This document shows, piece by piece, positions 27,001 to 32,000 of a stretch of DNA of 32,000 nucleotides (the stretch's first letter is position 1; each line of letters starts with the position of its first letter). The stretch is from contig NZ_AP013043.1 in NCBI RefSeq assembly GCF_016592615.1, forward strand, positions 150,001 through 182,000, given 5' to 3'. Below the pieces are notes generated by a model. It did no database searches and had not been told where the DNA came from. It saw only the letters and a list, made by a program, of their open reading frames with translations. Position numbers and translations under genes: made by a program. Source of the DNA: Isorropodon fossajaponicum endosymbiont JTNG4. GTDB lineage: Bacteria; Pseudomonadota; Gammaproteobacteria; PS1; Pseudothioglobaceae.

Positions 27001-30000
27001 CTACAAAAGAACTTTTTCAATATGTACTGATTTTATAAAATCTTTCTGCCAATGTTTGCCAAATTCTTGCTCAGCAATCAGTTCAACTGGATAAATAGGC
27101 TCAATATTGGTTGAGGCTTTATAGCGGGCGATAAACCTTGTCGACAGGCAAGGCAGGTGGTGAGCATTTTTATAGGTTTGTTTGACTCAATACCAACCAA
27201 GTCTTTTTTAATTCCAGTTTCTTTTTTAAATTTAACTTGCTTGGCAACGTCTGCTCGTGCGACGGCAAAAGTGCTTGCCTCGCCACAACAACGATCATTG
27301 CTAATAACGTTTTGATTAACTAATTCAGAGATGACTTTTTTAGAATCATTAGATTTGATTGGATCATGACAAGGCGTATGATAAAGGTATTGCTCATCTG
27401 TTGCGTTTAATTTAATATTGTGTTCTAGTAGGTATTCGTGAATATCCGTTAAGGTAGACTCTTTAAAAAATATCATTAAGTTCATAAGTGAGTAATTGGT
27501 CAATACAAGTACCACAAGAGGTTAAAACATGCTTAATATCTAAATAGTTAAGTGTATTTGCCATACGGTGAAATAAAATACGATTATCAGTAGAGATGGC
27601 TTTTTGCCTTTAGCCTCGTCCTGCGGATAGCCACAACACAGATAGCTTGATGGTAAAACCACTTTGATGCCTTGATGATAAAGCATGCAATGGTTGCCAG
27701 GCTAATTTGAGAGTAAAGACGCTCAGAGCCACAACCAGGAAAATAAAAAACACTGGGTGAGTCGGCGTTGGATTTTTCTGGACGTGAAAGAATAGGCACG
27801 GTGTTAGCATCATTAATATTGAGCAGTTCACGCATAGGTGCCAGCCCAGTGTCCATAGGTAACGGTTTGTCTAATAAAGTAATAAGTTCAACTTTAAAAC
27901 TGGGTTTGCCCACGGTTTTATTAGGCTTTTTATGCAAAAAAGGTTGCGCCATTCTTGAGACAATATTTTGCACTTTATAGCTAAAATCAATCAATACTTT
28001 TTTGGTTAATTTAATCTGCCAAGGTTGGGTTATGTTGAGACAAGCCATTGAGGCTTTTGAGGCGATATTGGTGCGACGTTTTTTTTGCTTGATTAAGATA
28101 GACCTCATCTTAATAGAGACATCGCCAAAATCAATATTCACTGGACAAGGGCTTGAACATTTATGGCAAATGGTGCAATGATCAGCGATATCGTCAAATT
28201 CATCAAAATGGTTAACAGAGATGCCACGCCTGGTTTTCTCTTTGTATAAAAAAGCTTCAGAGATAAGATTGGTGCCAATAATTTTATCGCGTGGTGAGTA
28301 TAAAAGATTGGCCTCTGGCACGTGCGTGGTGCAAACATCTTTGCACTTGCCACAACGCAGGCATGATTTAACCATGTTATTAATTTCACCAATTTCACTA
28401 TTTTCAAGGATTAATGCTTCTTATTCAACAAGGCGTAATGACGGGGTAAAGGCATTATTCAACCCACTACCTGGCATTAATTTTCCTTTGTTGAAGTGAT
28501 TATTTGGGTCAATTTTTGCCTTATATTGGGTAAATGCTTGCTTGAATTCGTCGGATAAATATTGGTATTTAGTCAAGCCAATACCGTGTTCACCAGAGAC
28601 AACCCCACCAAGACTTGAGGCCAAATGCATAATCTCATCCACCACAGATTCAGCTTTATGTAGCATTTTTGTATTGTGAGAATGTACTGGAACGTTGGTA
28701 TGTACATTGCCATCGCCAGCGTGCATATGTGCGGCAACAAATAAACGCACTTCACGATATTTCTGATGAATTACTCTGGCTTGGTTGCGAATATCAATAA
28801 AGACATCACCCATGAGCAAATCATCAAGCGGGTGAGCGAATTCATTAATGTAGGAAATCACAACCTGTGCTGCTTGTATCTGTTTTAAGACTTTTTGCTC
28901 ATTAAGACGATTAAGTAAATCTAGCCATTGATTGCTGATTTGATTCAACAGTATTAAGGAAGAAGTAATTTTGTCTTTAATAAGGTTGCTTTCCGGTTTG
29001 AGACTTTCAAAGCAGGCTTTAATTTCAGCCAAAGTATCAATTTTATTGCCAATAGACAAACGGATATTAATATGCTCAATACCGTCGTTATAGTCTGCCA
29101 ATTTGTCCAGTGGAATAACCACATCTTCATTGATTTTAAAAGCGTTAGTGTGGGCGGCAATGGCAGCAGTATTGGAGCGGTCTTTCCAAAATATTTTTCT
29201 TTTGTTGAATGGTTTAGCAATAAAGCATTCACCATCACGGGTTTTTACTTTTTCTATTTGAGTGTCAAGTGAGTGCTGATTATTAGCACTAATATCGATT
29301 AGCAATATCATTTTTTCGGCAACTGAGACTTATTGGCTTTTGTGCGGTATAATGCATGGCTTTAATATAGCGCGCACCTAGGTGTTCCATGCCAATAAGA
29401 TCAACATCAGTATTGCTACCAACACTATTTTTAATATCAATAATGGTTAATACTGCTGCTTTTAAATCATGACCAAAGAATTCTAAGCATAGCGTGTTAA
29501 TATGCTCTAAAGGTTGATGAAAGATAAATTCAGCAGAAGTAATAAACCCATCGCAACCTTCTTTTTGAATGCCCAGCAGTCCATCTAAAAATTTGTTGGT
29601 AACATCTTTACCCAACCCACTTTTACGCATATGATTAGTATCGATGGTCAAGGTTTTGGTTTTGATGATGGTTTGTGCATCATCTTTAAGTGTGTGTATT
29701 TCAAAACTTACTTTATCAAGCAGTTGGATTTTGTCTTGATTGTGATTCAGGCGTTTTACTTGCAACCATGAGCTATCTGGCATGACCATTTTCCAAGACA
29801 ACAAGTTGTCAATTGTTGTACCCCATCTTAGGGCTTTTTCCCTCCTGCATTCATAGCAATATTACCACCAATCGTGCAAGCATCTTGAGAAGTTGGATCA
29901 ACTGCAAATACTAAGCTGTGCTGACTGGCTTAATTCACTAACGCGCTTGGTAACCACGCCTGCACCAACATTGACGCTATGTATATCGTTAGCGGTGTTT

Positions 30001-30646
30001 ATATTATCGATAAAGCTGAGTTTTTCAGTATTAATAACAGCAGCTTGTGTATTTAGTGGAATGACACCACCACGAGGAATGATGGTTAAGCCTAGGTGGG
30101 TGCAGGTTTTAACAATGTTTAATATTTCTTGTTCGGTATCTGGCGTGATGACCACGCTGGGATATTCCACCCGCCAATCGGTCGCATCAGTTGAATGCGA
30201 GGCGCGCGATAAAGCATCAAAACGAATGTTATTATTATGTGTCACCTTAAGCAGAGCTTTTTTAATGCGCTGCTTGTTGTTTTTAAAATCGCTCAAACAA
30301 TGCTTGAAATGACTCACTGCAATATCTGCCTGATTAAGAAACTTGATGACTTGTACGTTATTATCAGCTCGTGCTTTGATTGATTCTAGGCGTGAATATA
30401 GCGTTTGTATGAGCGTTCGCCAACGACGCTTGTTTTTAATTAAATCTTCCTGTAAATAAGGGTTTCGATTAACCACCCACATATCGCCAAGCACTTCAAA
30501 TAGCATTCTAGCACTTCGACCTGTATTGCGATTTTGGCGCAGTTGGGGTTGAGTAAATCCCAAGCATCAGCGCCTAAAAAACGACATACAATTTCTTTGT
30601 CAGAAAAAGAGGTGTAGTTGTAGGGAATCTCGCGATATTGTTTCAA
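27001..30646 (-). pseudogene. Large FAD-linked oxidase fused to 4Fe-4S and CCG (GlcD/GlcF-like) domains, heavily degraded (at least 8 lesions)
   Basis: The fragments are in the order expected for one gene. N-terminal [20 protein letters not shown] (30440..30646). FAD-binding VVITPDTEQEILNIVKTCTHLGLTIIPRGG (29898..30563). 29289..29804. HAGDGNVHTNVPV and SGEHGIGLTKYQY (28421..29311). An in-frame TAA at 28421..28423. CLRCGKCKDVCTTH and CTICHKCSSPCPVN ferredoxin motifs (27587..28375). CCGYPQ, SCGTCIDQ and CCGEASTF CCG motifs (27078..27600). The tail ...PVELIAEQEFGKHW...* stops at 27001..27003. Confidence 0.9.
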
Positions 30647-30657
30647 TTGAAAATTAA

Positions 30658-30684
30658 TTGAAAGTAGATTTATTTTACTATAAT
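30658..30684 (+). promoter_or_regulatory. Possible sigma-70 promoter for hemJ (TTGAAA, 15-nt spacer, TATAAT)
   Basis: TTGAAA lies at 30658..30663 and TATAAT at 30679..30684. The 15-nt spacer is shorter than optimal. A GGAG ribosome-binding site precedes ATG 30742. Confidence 0.35.
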
Positions 30685-30741
30685 GGGTGCTTTGAATGCT
30701 GTATGTTTAACCCAAAGGGGCTTTAAAAAAGTGGAGATTGT

Positions 30742-31164
30742 ATGTTGTGGATAAAAGCTTTTCATATTATTAGTGTGATTACTTGGCTTGCAGCGCTATT
30801 TTATTTGCCGCGTCTTTTTGTTTATCACTCAATGAGTAAAGACAAACCTAGTATTGAACGTTTTAAAGTGATGGAGCGTAAGCTTTATAAAGGCATTATG
30901 ATGCCGAGCTTTATCCTAGCTAGTGCGCTAGGATTATGGATGACTATTGAAAGTTGGGCATATTATTCAACTCAATATTGGCTGCATGTTAAATTATTAT
31001 TGGTAGTATTGTTGATTGCACACCATTTTTATTGTGGCTATTTAGTGGGTGTTTTTAAGGCTGATAAAAACACCCACTCTCATATATTTTATCGTTGGTT
31101 TAATGAGTTTCCTGTGCTGATATTGGTGAGTGTTGTTATCCTAGTTGTGGTTAGGCCGTTTTAG
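30742..31164 (+). CDS. hemJ: Protoporphyrinogen IX oxidase HemJ (UPF0093/CopD-like family)
   Basis: MLWIKAFHIISVITWLAALFYLPRLFVYH is the characteristic HemJ N-terminus. 140 aa with about 4 TM segments. Confidence 0.85.
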   Translation: MLWIKAFHIISVITWLAALFYLPRLFVYHSMSKDKPSIERFKVMERKLYKGIMMPSFILASALGLWMTIESWAYYSTQYWLHVKLLLVVLLIAHHFYCGYLVGVFKADKNTHSHIFYRWFNEFPVLILVSVVILVVVRPF

Positions 31165-32000
31165 TTATTTTTGCGTTAACTTTAAGTAACTTTCAGCCAA
31201 TGCTTCGTAGATTGGTGGCGTGGATATTTGTTTAGACACCCAATTGGCGATAAAGGCAATAATCAGCGCTGGAATGAGTAAATTAAGTGCATTTGTCATC
31301 TCTAAAATAACAAATGCACTAGTCAGTGGCGCTCTAATAACAGCACTTAAGTAAGCAACCATCGCCATAATGATAATAATTTGCGGGCTGATTTGTGAAT
31401 AATAATGCCCCACTTCACTACCAATACTAGCACCAATAGAAATACTAGGCATGAACAAACCACCAGGAATGGTGGAGGCTAGAGAACTTAGCGTTGATAG
31501 ATATTTCATCACAAAAAAATCACCACCCAGCTGATGTCCAGCTAACATTAATAACACTTCTTCACGACCAGAGCCTGCAATTTGACCTTTAGAAAAGTAG
31601 TTGAATAACGCAATAATTAAACCTAATATTAAGGCAACCACGATAACTTTGGTTTTGGTGTGCACCATGAATTTTTTAATTAAGTAAAGAATGGTTTTTG
31701 AGAATAAACCACCCAAAATGCCAGAAAATATCGCTAATGGTAGTAGTTGCCAAATTAATGTCAAATCAATAAAATAAGCTGACATATCACTTAAGTAGAC
31801 ATCATTACCACGATATATAATTGCCAATAAGTAAACCAATCCACCCATGATGGCGATTAAAACCAGTGCTTGTTTTTTGAGTTGACGACCTATCTCTTCA
31901 AAGCTAAATAAAAAACCCGCAATTGGTGCATTAAAGGCGACAATAAGCCCAGCACTACCACCAATTGCAATAAGTGAATGGATAAGCAGTCTGCGTTTGA
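31165..32000 (-). CDS. ClC-family voltage-gated chloride channel/antiporter, C-terminal part; the 5' part runs off the right edge
   Basis: The frame is open from position 32000 down to the stop at 31165..31167. It reads ...IAIGGSAGLIVAFNAPIAGFLFSFEEIGR...GGLFMPSISIGASIG...RAPLTSAFVILEMT, which matches conserved ClC segments. Confidence 0.85.
   Translation of the reverse strand, partial: KRRLLIHSLIAIGGSAGLIVAFNAPIAGFLFSFEEIGRQLKKQALVLIAIMGGLVYLLAIIYRGNDVYLSDMSAYFIDLTLIWQLLPLAIFSGILGGLFSKTILYLIKKFMVHTKTKVIVVALILGLIIALFNYFSKGQIAGSGREEVLLMLAGHQLGGDFFVMKYLSTLSSLASTIPGGLFMPSISIGASIGSEVGHYYSQISPQIIIIMAMVAYLSAVIRAPLTSAFVILEMTNALNLLIPALIIAFIANWVSKQISTPPIYEALAESYLKLTQK

Overview
AT-rich chromosomal segment of gammaproteobacterial type; several products align closely with E. 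coli MreB, RnfE, MsrP, MsrQ, ClpB and FtsY sequences as I recall them. About 25 loci look intact and are mostly housekeeping: mreB (partial), class I fumarase, RNase P RNA, prmC, rnfE, an XRE regulator, clpB, trmL, fmt, argH, hemC, ftsY, two M16 peptidases, a GGCT-like protein, hemJ, a ClC channel (partial), two periplasmic thioredoxin-fold paralogues, and a TolC-like protein with a very small adaptor. Between them lie at least 12 genes that are visibly broken by frameshifts, in-frame stops or small tandem duplications: the TRAP transporter dctP/dctQ/dctM, a periplasmic rhodanese, a polysaccharide deacetylase, an outer-membrane-like protein, phhB, a 2-TM membrane protein, msrP/msrQ, an NSS-family sodium symporter, and a 3.6-kb FAD-oxidase/Fe-S fusion gene. 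I found no tRNA, rRNA, CRISPR array, transposase, integrase or long repeat. The main signal is ongoing reductive evolution: genes at very different stages of decay sit in tightly packed operons, many joined by ATGA/GTGA overlaps. This fits a host-restricted or streamlined lineage. A SUP05-type or clam-symbiont-type sulfur oxidiser is only a guess from composition and gene content. The best candidate for an undescribed module is a translationally coupled operon of thioredoxin-fold protein, TolC-like protein and a minimal adaptor (lipoyl domain plus hairpin only), with no inner-membrane pump gene nearby. All calls come from reading the six-frame translations and recalled family motifs. No database search was run.
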